NCBI GenBank assembly: GCA_040901675.1
Contig: JBBDYJ010000025.1
Span: 223,943-287,942 of the forward strand
Length of the DNA stretch: 64,000 bases
Source of the DNA: Pirellulales bacterium
GTDB lineage: Bacteria; Planctomycetota; Planctomycetia; Pirellulales; JAICIG01
Direction: 5' to 3'
Both the position numbers and the translations under genes were made by a program. This document shows, in pieces, positions 41,786-51,095 of the stretch. Under the pieces are notes generated by a model. The model saw only the letters and a list, made by a program, of their open reading frames with translations, made no database searches and was not told the DNA's origin. Every line of letters begins with the position of its first letter. Within the stretch, counting starts at the first letter, position 1.

Positions 41786-41953
41786 CAAGCAAGCATTGGC
41801 CAGCGGGCGACCATGCTGGACCTAATCCATTCATGGCAACGACGGAGCCAAATCGCCTGCCAGGCTTCTCGCGGCGGTTGCAGGGCCGCCACTTGCGGAA
41901 GCCTCTGTCGAATGCGATCCCGCCCGCGGATAGCCGCCCGGCTTGGCCGCGGC

Positions 41954-41969
41954 TGGCACGCTTTGTGCT
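41954..41969 (+). promoter_or_regulatory. Sigma54-type -24/-12 promoter candidate
   Basis: TGGCACG-cttt-GTGCT versus consensus TGGCACG-N4-TTGCW; ~53 bp upstream of the csbD-like gene. Confidence 0.55.
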
Positions 41970-42022
41970 CCTATCTTGGGGGCTGGTTTACCCATTTTAT
42001 TCCTGGTTTTAGGGGTCACGCG

Positions 42023-42436
42023 ATGCTCAACGCACAAGAGATACAGGGGCACTGGGATATGCTCCGGGGCAAGGTCAAGGAGAAATGGGGCCAGTTGACC
42101 GACGACGACTTGCAGATCGTGGGCGGCAACGTCGACCAGCTCGTCGGGCGGATCCAGCAGAAGACCGGCCAGCAAAGGCGTGAAATCGAGTCGTTCCTCG
42201 ACGACCTGCTCAGCCAGTCAGGGATCAGCCGGGCCAAGGAGGCCGTGGCCGGCTATGTCCAGCAATCCGCCCAGCAAGTGCAAGAGGGCTACGAGCACGT
42301 GGCCAACCATGCCCGCGAAGGCTATGCCAAGGCCGGGCAGATGGTCGAGCGGCACCCGGCCGAATCCATGGCCGCGGTATTGGGCCTGGGCATCATCGCC
42401 GGCGTGGCGGTGGGCTTGATGTTGCGATCGGATTAG
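42023..42436 (+). CDS. CsbD/YjbJ-family stress protein with C-terminal membrane anchor
   Basis: GHWDMLRGKVKEKWGQLTDDDL..LVGRIQQKTG; tail HP..MAAVLGLGIIAGVAVG. Confidence 0.88.
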   Translation: MLNAQEIQGHWDMLRGKVKEKWGQLTDDDLQIVGGNVDQLVGRIQQKTGQQRREIESFLDDLLSQSGISRAKEAVAGYVQQSAQQVQEGYEHVANHAREGYAKAGQMVERHPAESMAAVLGLGIIAGVAVGLMLRSD

Positions 42437-42520
42437 CGGCCCGCTCGGCGGCGTACGTGCGCCGCGGCCTGGCTGCTGGTAGAACTGAAACCGACGGACC
42501 ACTACGAAGGGATCAAGGCA

Positions 42521-42838
42521 ATGACAGCACCCAACGAACGACTTGGCCAATACCCCCGGGACATGGGGGGTCATACTCTTTACGAGGAAGCTTCGGGCAG
42601 AGTCAGCGAGGCATGGCATCAGAGCGAGGATCTGGTGCGGCGTCATCCGGCTTCGTCGGCGCTGGTGACGTTCGGGGTCGGCTTCGGCCTGGGACTGCTG
42701 CTGACGACGATGCTGCTGCCCGAGCGGCGGCGGAGCTGGCGCGAGTCGTACATACCGGAAGGTTTCTCGCGGCGCCGCATGAGCGACGCGGTCTCGCGCA
42801 TGCTGCCCGACGCCTTGGCACGGTACCTGGGCAAGTAG
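42521..42838 (+). CDS. Small membrane-anchored protein (DUF883/ElaB-like motif)
   Basis: VRRHPASSALVTFGVGFGLGLLL. Confidence 0.7.
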   Translation: MTAPNERLGQYPRDMGGHTLYEEASGRVSEAWHQSEDLVRRHPASSALVTFGVGFGLGLLLTTMLLPERRRSWRESYIPEGFSRRRMSDAVSRMLPDALARYLGK

Positions 42839-42950
42839 CCGGGCGGCCGGTCCCGGCGGGCCGGTCCGAGTTGATTCCCGTGTCCAGGTCCGCCGGTCCG
42901 AGTCGATTCCGGTCAGGCTTCGATCTTACTTACTTCGAGGGAGGAGACGC

Positions 42951-43136
42951 ATGGCACAAGCAGCTCAGTCCAAGCAGGAACAGTCCCAAAGCCGGACGGG
43001 CCAACTCCGCAAGGAGGCGGCCCCCAACGACCTGATGCACTACCTGAGACAGTACGCCGAGGAGAATCCGACCTCGGCGGCGATGTGGTGTTTCGGCATC
43101 GGCTTCGTGCTGGGTTGGAAGCTGAAGCCGTGGTAG
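42951..43136 (+). CDS. Small tail-anchored protein (DUF883-like)
   Basis: YAEENP..AAMWCFGIGFVLGWKLKPW; strong GGAGG RBS. Confidence 0.75.
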   Translation: MAQAAQSKQEQSQSRTGQLRKEAAPNDLMHYLRQYAEENPTSAAMWCFGIGFVLGWKLKPW

Positions 43137-43205
43137 CAGCCGGGAGAACCTCGGCGACAGACTTTCGTTCTTTTCACACTTTAATCACATACGGAGGGTG
43201 ATTCG

Positions 43206-43703
43206 ATGGCACTCCATAGCTTGGAAGATCTCTTTGTGCACGAGTTGCGGGATTTGTATAGCGCGGAGAAGCAGCTCCTCAAGGCGCTGCCCAAGATGGC
43301 CAAGGCCGCTTCGTCGGCCAACCTCAGACAGGGTTTCGAGGAGCACCTGCTGCAGACGGAGAGCCAGGTGGAACGCCTGGAGCAGATCTTCGAGCAACTG
43401 GGCAAGACGGCGCGGGGCACGAAATGCGTGGCGATGGAAGGCCTGATCGAGGAAGGCAAGAAGCTGATGGAGGAAGATGCCGAGCCACCGGTGGGCGACG
43501 CGGCCTTGATCGCCGCGGCGCAGAAGGTCGAACACTACGAGATCGCGGGGTATGGCACGGTACGGACGTTCGCCAACCTGCTGGGTTACTCCGACGCCGA
43601 GGAGTTGCTGCAGCAGACGCTCGACGAAGAGAAGCAAACCGACGAGCGGCTGACTGAGTTGGCCGAATCGGAAATCAACGTCCAGGCCACGCATCGAGAG
43701 TAG
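43206..43703 (+). CDS. yciF: YciF/DUF892 ferritin-like protein
   Basis: ELRDLYSAEKQ, HL.QT..QVERLEQIF, AQKVEHYEIAGYG, EEKQTDE.LT. Confidence 0.92.
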   Translation: MALHSLEDLFVHELRDLYSAEKQLLKALPKMAKAASSANLRQGFEEHLLQTESQVERLEQIFEQLGKTARGTKCVAMEGLIEEGKKLMEEDAEPPVGDAALIAAAQKVEHYEIAGYGTVRTFANLLGYSDAEELLQQTLDEEKQTDERLTELAESEINVQATHRE

Positions 43704-43726
43704 GCGGCGAACCCAAAGCGCGCCGT

Positions 43727-45184
43727 ATGACACCGACCGATCCCGCAGCACCGCTCGCCGGCGACACATCGCGGCCCGGGGCCGGCCAGGCTCAGCCCCG
43801 GGCCGGCGCCCGCTTCCAGCCGGCAGGCTCCCCCTGGAAAAAGCCGTGGCTGGCAGCGGCGGCCGCGGTCGCCGGCGGGCTGGCAGCGGCGGCGGTGCTG
43901 CGTTCGGCGCGTGGTCAAAAACAGGCGGGTCGCGGGCCGCAGCCGCTGGCCTACGAGCGGGTGGGACCGACGGACCACTTGCGGCCCCCGGCACCCGCTC
44001 GGCCCCGCCGCCCGATAAAGCCCGCCCGGCAGGTCAGGCCGGGTCGCAAAAAGCCCAGAGTTGTGCGGTCGGTGCAGCGTAGAGTCGCGCGGATGATGAT
44101 GGCCGCGGTCAAGGTCCTGCTGCACGGCGTGCTGCTGGCAACGGTCGTTCCGAAGGCTGTCAAGCGGCGCCGAGGCGATGCGCGTGCGTCGTTGGCGACC
44201 GCGCATCATCCCGCGCAACACCGTGTGGGCGGCGGCCGCCCGCGACGCTGGCAGCGGCGCGAAGCGATGCAGGGCCGCTCGTGGTGGGGCCTGATCAAGG
44301 AGACGTATCACGTTTGGCTCGCGGACAAGGCGCCGCGCTTGGGTGCCGCCCTGGCGTATTACACGGTATTCTCGCTGGCGCCGATCCTGGTCATTGTCCT
44401 GGCCGTGGTGGGTTTGGTTTACGGGGAGGAAGCCGCCCAGGGTGAAATCCACCAGCAGTTGGCGGGCTTCCTGGGGGAGGACGCCGCCAAGGGGGTCGAA
44501 GAGATGGTCGCCGCGGCCCGCAAGCCGATGTCGGGCACGGTGGCGATCGTGCTGGGCGTGGGCGCTTTGTTGTTCGGTGCCTCCGGCGTGTTCGGCCAGT
44601 TGAAGGACGCCATGAACACGATCTGGGAGGTGGAGCCCAAGCCGGGCCGCGGAATCTGGGGCACGATCAAGGACCGCTTTCTCTCGTTCGCGATGGTGCT
44701 GGGGATCGGCTTCTTGCTGCTGGTGTCGCTGGCGCTGAGCACGGCCCTGGCCGCCCTGGGCCGATTTGCCGGCAGCGTGATTCCCTTGCCGGAGGTAGTG
44801 ATGCACGCGCTGAACCTGGCCGTCTCGTTCGGCGTGATCACGCTGTTGTTCGCCATGATCTTCAAGCTGCTGCCCGACGTCGACATCGCCTGGAGCGACG
44901 TGTGGGTCGGGGCGGCGGCCACGGCGCTGTTGTTCACGATCGGCAAGTACTTGTTCGGCCTGTACCTGGGTCAGGCCTCGGTTGCCTCCAGCTACGGCGC
45001 GGCCGGATCGCTGATCGTGGTGATGCTGTGGGCGTATTACTCGGCGCAGATTCTCTTTTTCGGCGCCGAGTTCACGCAGGTCTACGCCCGCGCCTACGGC
45101 TCGCGAATTCGTCCCGTGCCCGGCGCCCAGCCCGTCGCCGCCGAATCCCGCGCCCGACAGGGGATGCCCATCAAGAAAGGCTGA
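43727..45184 (+). CDS. YihY/BrkB-family membrane protein, possibly with an N-terminal extension (core starts 44267)
   Basis: GAALAYYTVFSLAP, MNTIW, SSYGAAGSLIVVMLWAYYSAQILFFGAEF. Confidence 0.85.
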   Translation: MTPTDPAAPLAGDTSRPGAGQAQPRAGARFQPAGSPWKKPWLAAAAAVAGGLAAAAVLRSARGQKQAGRGPQPLAYERVGPTDHLRPPAPARPRRPIKPARQVRPGRKKPRVVRSVQRRVARMMMAAVKVLLHGVLLATVVPKAVKRRRGDARASLATAHHPAQHRVGGGRPRRWQRREAMQGRSWWGLIKETYHVWLADKAPRLGAALAYYTVFSLAPILVIVLAVVGLVYGEEAAQGEIHQQLAGFLGEDAAKGVEEMVAAARKPMSGTVAIVLGVGALLFGASGVFGQLKDAMNTIWEVEPKPGRGIWGTIKDRFLSFAMVLGIGFLLLVSLALSTALAALGRFAGSVIPLPEVVMHALNLAVSFGVITLLFAMIFKLLPDVDIAWSDVWVGAAATALLFTIGKYLFGLYLGQASVASSYGAAGSLIVVMLWAYYSAQILFFGAEFTQVYARAYGSRIRPVPGAQPVAAESRARQGMPIKKG

Positions 45185-45252
45185 CCGGAGGGCGGCGCCG
45201 CCTGGGAATCGGCCGATGGTCAACCCAATTTCGCGGACGCGGTTCTTGCCGA

Positions 45253-47961
45253 TCAACCGTCCGGCAAGGACTCGACGCTTACCTTCACGTCCGTCATTCG
45301 CCCCGGATCGAGCGACACGTTTTCGAACGTGACCCAATGCCGGTACAGCCGCAGGCCGTACTCGAAGCGGACGACGCGGTCTCGCGCGACGGGGTAGAGA
45401 TACGCCGCGAAGCCCGGACGCCCTCCGGCTTGGATGGGGTCGTGTCGCTGGCCGTCTTTGTCGATGGCCACGGGCGCCGTTTCGTGAACGAACGGCCCGG
45501 TTCCGCGCCGCACTTCTTTCAGCAGCAGTTGTGTCTGACCCTTGATTTCCTCGGTGCGGACCGGTTGCACGAGCTCATCCGCCTGCCTCAGGGCCGGCTC
45601 GGCGGGATCTTCGCCCAGCTTCTTGCCGTCGAGGCCAAATGATCGCACGTGCTCCGGCAGCTCATCCATGCCGACTCGCAGCGTCACCGTCTTGACGTGG
45701 TGCGTCGAGATCGGAGGGAGTTCCGCGGCTCGAAACTCGGTCGGCTCGTAAATGACTGCTCGATGCACCGCATCGACGTACGGCTCGTAGCCAAACTGAT
45801 ATCCGAAGAGTTCGTCTCGCTTGGGCAGTCCGGTGATGCGAACCGCGAACTCGCGACATTCGTTCTGTCGCGCGTCGGCGTTGATCTCCGTGAAAGCGAC
45901 CTGCCGGCGATTGGGATCAAGTGGAACCCCGGCCAGCCGACTTCCGTCGGCCCGCCACCAGTCGTTTCGCTTCCCCTTGTGATAGGTAACTCCCAGCAGC
46001 TCCACCTTGGCCCCGTTGGGCAACATGGCTGCATATCGCTGCGGCGGCGCCTCAAGCTTCGTGACTTCGGCTCTCACCTGCGTCGCATGTCCCGGCTGGA
46101 GAGCAACGTCGCGAAAGGTGACTTCATGCGTGTACCAGCGGAAACGGATTCGTACCTTGGCGAGGCGGTCCTGTGGGCAACGAAAGATCAAGCCACGGGC
46201 GCCGCCATCGGCGACCGTGATGCCATACAACTCGACCTGGTTGCCGTCGAGGTCCTCTCCGATGACTTCGTGATGTGCCCGAAGTTCGAAGTTCACCGGA
46301 TAGAGGAGATCGACCTGCGTGGTTCCGTCCGTTAGTTCCCGGACTCGCCGCAATAGGGCCGTGCCGTCCTCTGCCTCTTCCTCTGGCTGCGGCGTCTCCC
46401 GTTGGAGGTCGATCACCTGGTACGGATGCCACGGGGCCACCGCCAGGCGTACCAAAACGTCCCTTTGCTTCTCCCCTTTTGGGAATCCCGCGGATACCGC
46501 CCGAATCAAAGTCACCTTGTTCGCGGACTGCGCGTCGTCCTTGAAGTTCCAATAGGTCGACCACGGGCCAAGCTTGCGGCCGGGGGCGAAATCGACCCAG
46601 GCGTGCACATCCCTCCCCGCTCCAGTGATCTCTAGCGCCAATTCCCGATGTTCTCCCTCATCGTGCACCCGCGTTTGCGAGTACTTCCAGCGGCTCGCGA
46701 GGGGGTCGCCCGCAAGCGCGCCGCCCTCAGGCTTCCACCAGGGCTGATTCGCGGACGGCTGATACGACGCGCCCAGCAGCGTGACTTGAATGCCGTCTTC
46801 CAGCGCGGCGGTCGCTCCTTGCGATGCCTTTTCGTCATCGGCCCGCGTCGAGGTCCAAATCCCCGCGGCGATGATCACCAGCGCCAATAGACCACAGCCG
46901 AAGACGCCGTCCGCACTCAACGCTCGCTCGGACCGCTCCGGGGCGAAGAGACGCCGCACGCGATCCTGCAGCGAGCCGCTTCGAACGCCCAGGGCCAGGG
47001 CCGGCGCCGCGCCGCGGAGCTCTTCGATCGCCAACAACGCTCGGCCGTACGCGACGCGGTTCCCAAGCGCCGCCACCGCCAGGTCGTCGCAACAGTTCTC
47101 CCGCTCGATCCGAATCCGGTGCGACAGCCACCACACCGCGGGATGGTAAAAGAACACCGTTTCAACAAGCGTCTGCACTAGGTTCACCAAGAAGTCGTGC
47201 CGCCGAACGTGCGCCAACTCGTGAGCCAGGATTGCTTCCAGTTGTGAGGTCGGGACACCGCTGAGAACGCTCGTGGGCAGCAAAATTACTGGCCGCAGAT
47301 AGCCGATCACGACCGGCACTGGAGTCAGCGTCGATTGCAGAATCTGCACCGCATGTCGCAGCCGGAGCCGTTCGGCCGTCTGCTTCAGCATCGCCGCCAC
47401 GGCGGCCGGTACCGGCGAAACCCCGACCGAACGCAAGCGACGCACGGTGTGCCAGCTCAACAGTGGCCGCAGCCCAAACGTGACGACGCCCAGGCACCAA
47501 ATGGCCACGATGGACCGAAGCCATGGCTTCAGGCCTGCTTCCACCGACGCCCACCATCGACCCCTGACGAACCCTCCCTGGATCAGGCCGTCCGAATCGC
47601 CGCGCCGTTCGGTGAGCGGCGACCCGGAGTCCAATAAGTCCGAAGCGGCTGCCGTGGCAGGACCGCCATCGACGAGTGGCCCGGTTGATTCACGTGGCTC
47701 CCGAACGCCTTGATCTGAAACAATTCCCATGCCAGCGACTCCAGCACCCGCCGGCAAGTTAAGCCAGGTCAAAGCCGGCCACGCCACCATCCCCGCCAGT
47801 GTGACAAGCAGCGTCCAATACCGGGCCGTCGCCGAGCAGCGAGCCATCGCACGCTGGCTTGCGATCGCGACGAGCGCGACAAGCGCGAACTCCCAGGCCG
47901 AGTGCACCAACACCCAACCAAGTCGCTCAATAGCCGATGTTGGAAGTTGAAATGCGTTCAT
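45253..47961 (-). CDS. BlaR1-type M56 metallopeptidase with duplicated C-terminal domain
   Basis: LVHSAW, LAHELAHVRRHD, FFYHPAVWW, ERENCCDD. Confidence 0.9.
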   Translation of the reverse strand: MNAFQLPTSAIERLGWVLVHSAWEFALVALVAIASQRAMARCSATARYWTLLVTLAGMVAWPALTWLNLPAGAGVAGMGIVSDQGVREPRESTGPLVDGGPATAAASDLLDSGSPLTERRGDSDGLIQGGFVRGRWWASVEAGLKPWLRSIVAIWCLGVVTFGLRPLLSWHTVRRLRSVGVSPVPAAVAAMLKQTAERLRLRHAVQILQSTLTPVPVVIGYLRPVILLPTSVLSGVPTSQLEAILAHELAHVRRHDFLVNLVQTLVETVFFYHPAVWWLSHRIRIERENCCDDLAVAALGNRVAYGRALLAIEELRGAAPALALGVRSGSLQDRVRRLFAPERSERALSADGVFGCGLLALVIIAAGIWTSTRADDEKASQGATAALEDGIQVTLLGASYQPSANQPWWKPEGGALAGDPLASRWKYSQTRVHDEGEHRELALEITGAGRDVHAWVDFAPGRKLGPWSTYWNFKDDAQSANKVTLIRAVSAGFPKGEKQRDVLVRLAVAPWHPYQVIDLQRETPQPEEEAEDGTALLRRVRELTDGTTQVDLLYPVNFELRAHHEVIGEDLDGNQVELYGITVADGGARGLIFRCPQDRLAKVRIRFRWYTHEVTFRDVALQPGHATQVRAEVTKLEAPPQRYAAMLPNGAKVELLGVTYHKGKRNDWWRADGSRLAGVPLDPNRRQVAFTEINADARQNECREFAVRITGLPKRDELFGYQFGYEPYVDAVHRAVIYEPTEFRAAELPPISTHHVKTVTLRVGMDELPEHVRSFGLDGKKLGEDPAEPALRQADELVQPVRTEEIKGQTQLLLKEVRRGTGPFVHETAPVAIDKDGQRHDPIQAGGRPGFAAYLYPVARDRVVRFEYGLRLYRHWVTFENVSLDPGRMTDVKVSVESLPDG

Positions 47962-48347
47962 GACTGCTTCCCCTCCATTTCGTCAAGGAGCCGCCGGACT
48001 TCGGCCAGTTCTTCTCGGCTCGCCGCTGCCGAGGCGAGCGCGTGCAGCACAAGACTCATCGCTGAGCCGTCGTAAACCTTTTCGATCAGCTCGTTGACCA
48101 GTCGCTTTCCCGCCTTGTCGCGGGTGAGCGTGGGCCGATAGACGTGCGGCTGAGCCTCTTCGTCCCGCTTGACCAGCCCCTTCTGCAACATGACCGAAAG
48201 CATTTTCACGGTCGTGGAGTAGTTGGTCCCTTTGGCCTCGTTCAGCCGCTGATGAATGTCCCGCACAGGACTTGGGCCCAGCTCCCACAGAATCCGCAGG
48301 ATCTGCAGCTCCACCTCGGTGGGCTGTGGAGAACCCGGCCGTCGCAT
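47958..48347 (-). CDS. BlaI/MecI/CopY-family repressor
   Basis: PTEVELQILRILW, YSTTVKML..M..KGLV; ATGA overlap with the M56 gene. Confidence 0.92.
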   Translation of the reverse strand: MRRPGSPQPTEVELQILRILWELGPSPVRDIHQRLNEAKGTNYSTTVKMLSVMLQKGLVKRDEEAQPHVYRPTLTRDKAGKRLVNELIEKVYDGSAMSLVLHALASAAASREELAEVRRLLDEMEGKQS

Positions 48348-48455
48348 GAAGCGTGCTCCTTTCGTTGCCCCCTCTTTTCTCGTCGCCTCCCGCCAATCAA
48401 CGCGCCAGCCGGCGCTCGGCATCGAGAACAACGTGAAAGCGAAACCTGTCGCCAC

Positions 48456-48508
48456 AGTGTAGCGAAGACTTTCGCTACGTCAAGACTTTTTGGCGAAAAT
48501 CTTCGCCA
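48456..48508 (-). promoter_or_regulatory. blaI promoter with two palindromic operators
   Basis: Minus-strand TTGACG-16 bp-TACACT; palindromes gtagcgaa-N4-ttcgctac (48459-48478) and tggcgaa-N4-ttcgcca (48491-48508). Confidence 0.7.
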
Positions 48509-48643
48509 CCCGGCCGCCCGCTGCCGTTTGGGACAACTGAATGGCTTGCGAAAGCCTGCGGGCTGGAGGAAACTAACGCCTGTTCCTTCATGTCAGGTAG
48601 CCCTCACGCTCTGCGCGAGGAAGCTACAAAAAAGGGAATGGCG

Positions 48644-49669
48644 ATGACCGGTTTGCAGCAAAAACATGGCCGAATGTTTTTTGCCGCAAGCTTGGCGCTG
48701 GTCGTTGCCGCGGACATGGCGCGCGCCGAGTCGGGCATCGACAGCGGCGGCGACGAAGCGGCACGCATCGAATTCTTCGAGAAGAAGGTGCGGCCCATCC
48801 TGGCTGACAATTGCTATAACTGCCACTCGGCCAATACCAATTCCCAAGGCGAGCTGCGGGTCGACGACCGCAACGGTCTGATCCACGGCGGAGCCAGCGG
48901 GCCGGCGGTTGTGCCCGGCCGGCCCGACGAGAGCCTGCTGATCCAGGCGGTCCGCTATCAAGGTTTTGAAATGCCGCCTGAGAAGCGGCTCTCCGAACAA
49001 GAGATTGCCGACCTGGTGACATGGATCCGGGACGGTGCCGCATGGCCCAAGGTGAAATTCTCCGCCCCAATCGGCAGGTCCAACGAGAAGTATGACCGCC
49101 TGCGGCGAGAACACTGGGCCTGGCAGCCGCTGGGCGACGTCGAGCCGCCAGATACCGCCGATGCCGCATGGGCACGTGACGATGCCGACCGCTTCATCCT
49201 GGCCAGGCTGGAAGAGAAGGGTCTGCGGCCGGTCGGCGATGCGGACAAGCCGACGCTGATCCGCCGCGTGACCTTCGATCTGACCGGCCTGCCGCCGACG
49301 CCCGATGAAATCGACGCCTTCGTCGCGGACGGCTCGCCAAACGCCTTCGAGACGGTCGTCGATCGCCTGCTGGCATCGTCGGCATTCGGCGAGCGCTGGG
49401 GCCGCCATTGGCTCGACGTCGCCCGCTACGGCGAGTCGACCGGCTCGGCGCGCAACGTCCCGTATCCGCACGCCTGGCGGTACCGCGACTATGTCATCGA
49501 GGCTTTCAACCCGACAAGCCCTACGACCAATTCCTCCGTGAGCAGATTGCCGGTGATTTGCTCCCCGCAAACTCGCCGGACGAAAAGGCCCGGCAGTTGG
49601 TCGCGACCGGCTTTCTGGCACTGGGCGTGAAAGACGTCAACCAGCGGTACAAGGTCCGATTCGTGATGG
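48644..49669 (+). pseudogene. Truncated planctomycete cytochrome c/DUF1549 gene
   Basis: [19 protein letters not shown]; -1 frameshift near 49511 (FN/DKPYDQF); breaks off at FVM with no DUF1553. Confidence 0.85.
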
Positions 49670-50540
49670 TTTGGGAACGGAGAACCAGGATCTGCCCGGC
49701 TACATCACGATCAACCCGTCGCCGAACTTTGGCGGCGTGGTGAACTACGGCAGCGCCTTTCTGCCGGCGCACTTCCAAGGGACCAAGATCGACGACAGCG
49801 GCTATGTTCGGAACCTGAAGCCGCCGACCGCGCCGTCGCTGCAGCGCAAGCAGCTCGACCTCGTGCAAGCGATGAACCGCGACCTGGCCGCGGCGCCGGG
49901 CGCGCCGGACCAGTTGGACGGGATCATCGAATCGTATGAGCTGGCGTTCAAGATGCAGGGGAAGGTGCCGGAGATACTGGATATTTCCCGGGAGCCGCAG
50001 CACGTGCTCGACGCCTACGGCGTGAAGCCCGGACCCGCGGGCAGCTTTGCGCGGCAGTGCTTGATGGCCCGGCGGCTGAGCGAGTCGGGCGTGCGGTTCG
50101 TGGAGATCTGCCAGCCAGGATGGGACCACCACAGCAATCTGCACAAGGGGCTCATTGAGAACTGCGCCGCCGTCGACCAGCCGGCCGCCGCCTTGCTCAC
50201 CGATCTACAGCGGCGTGGAATGCTGGAAAACACGCTGGTCCTCTTCGGCAGCGAGTTCGGGCGGCTGCCCACGGCACAAGGTCCGGACGGCCGCGACCAC
50301 AACATCACCGGCTATCCCATGTGGCTGGCCGGAGCCGGCGTGAAGGAGGGCTGCTCATACGGCGGCACCGACGACTACGGCCTGCACGCCATCGAGGGGC
50401 GGATGCACATTACTGACCTGCACGCCACGCTGCTGGCCCTGATGGGGCTGGACCACGAGAAGCTGACTTACCGCTATGCCGGCCGCGATTTCCGCCTCAC
50501 CGACGTGGCCGGCGACGTGGCGGAGGAAATAATCAATTAA
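49666..50540 (+). pseudogene. 5'-truncated DUF1501 gene
   Basis: Begins mid-domain at [11 protein letters not shown]; retains WDHH, SEFGR, GRDH, RLTDVAG; lacks signal peptide and N-terminal part. Confidence 0.85.
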
Positions 50541-50695
50541 ACAGGCTGGAGACCTGAGGCTGGAGACTGGAGGACGAAATACTCGACTGATCGCGCCATG
50601 CGCGGCAGCGGGCACAGGCTGGACAGCTCGCGCACCGGTGAGCAGAACCCACCTCTGCGGTTAATACCAACCGGACGCAACGGCGCTAGCTCCTT

Positions 50696-50997
50696 AGCCC
50701 GCGAAGCGGGCGGTAGTCCATAGCCGGGCGGCGTAAGCCCCCGGTTGCCGAACCAACACCCCTGTCTTAAGCCCCGAAGGGGGCGACAGTTCTCTTCCAC
50801 GGCCGACGACCCACCGCGCTACGCCCAGTATTTGGGATTTTGGGACAACGTCGACGCAACGCACCGAACACCTTGCGACGCCATTTTTGGGAAACGCAAT
50901 TGCGCCAGAATCACTTTCGCCCCCTTCGAGGGCTTTACGACGGCGCCGGGGGGGGGCGCGCTGCCGGGGGCTTACGCACCCCGGCTATTGTGCCGTC
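50696..50997. repeat. REPIN/MITE-like element (family B): long imperfect inverted arms around a ~125-bp spacer
   Basis: Arm 50696-50789 matches the reverse complement of 50914-50997; homologous to 1021-1155. Confidence 0.75.
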
Positions 50998-51095
50998 AAA
51001 GTTGACCGCGCCTGGCATCCCTTGCCTACTCCCCACGCTCCCCTCACCCGTGTAAACTGGTTGATGCGTCTGCGGGGCGAAACTGGGGGAACGAA

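Noticed and set aside
49500..49520. Programmed frameshift in the DUF1549 gene
   Set aside because: No slippery heptamer, and the gene is also truncated downstream; mutation or sequencing error is more likely
50790..50913. Transposase remnant in the REPIN spacer
   Set aside because: No HUH or catalytic Tyr motif recognisable; too short to support
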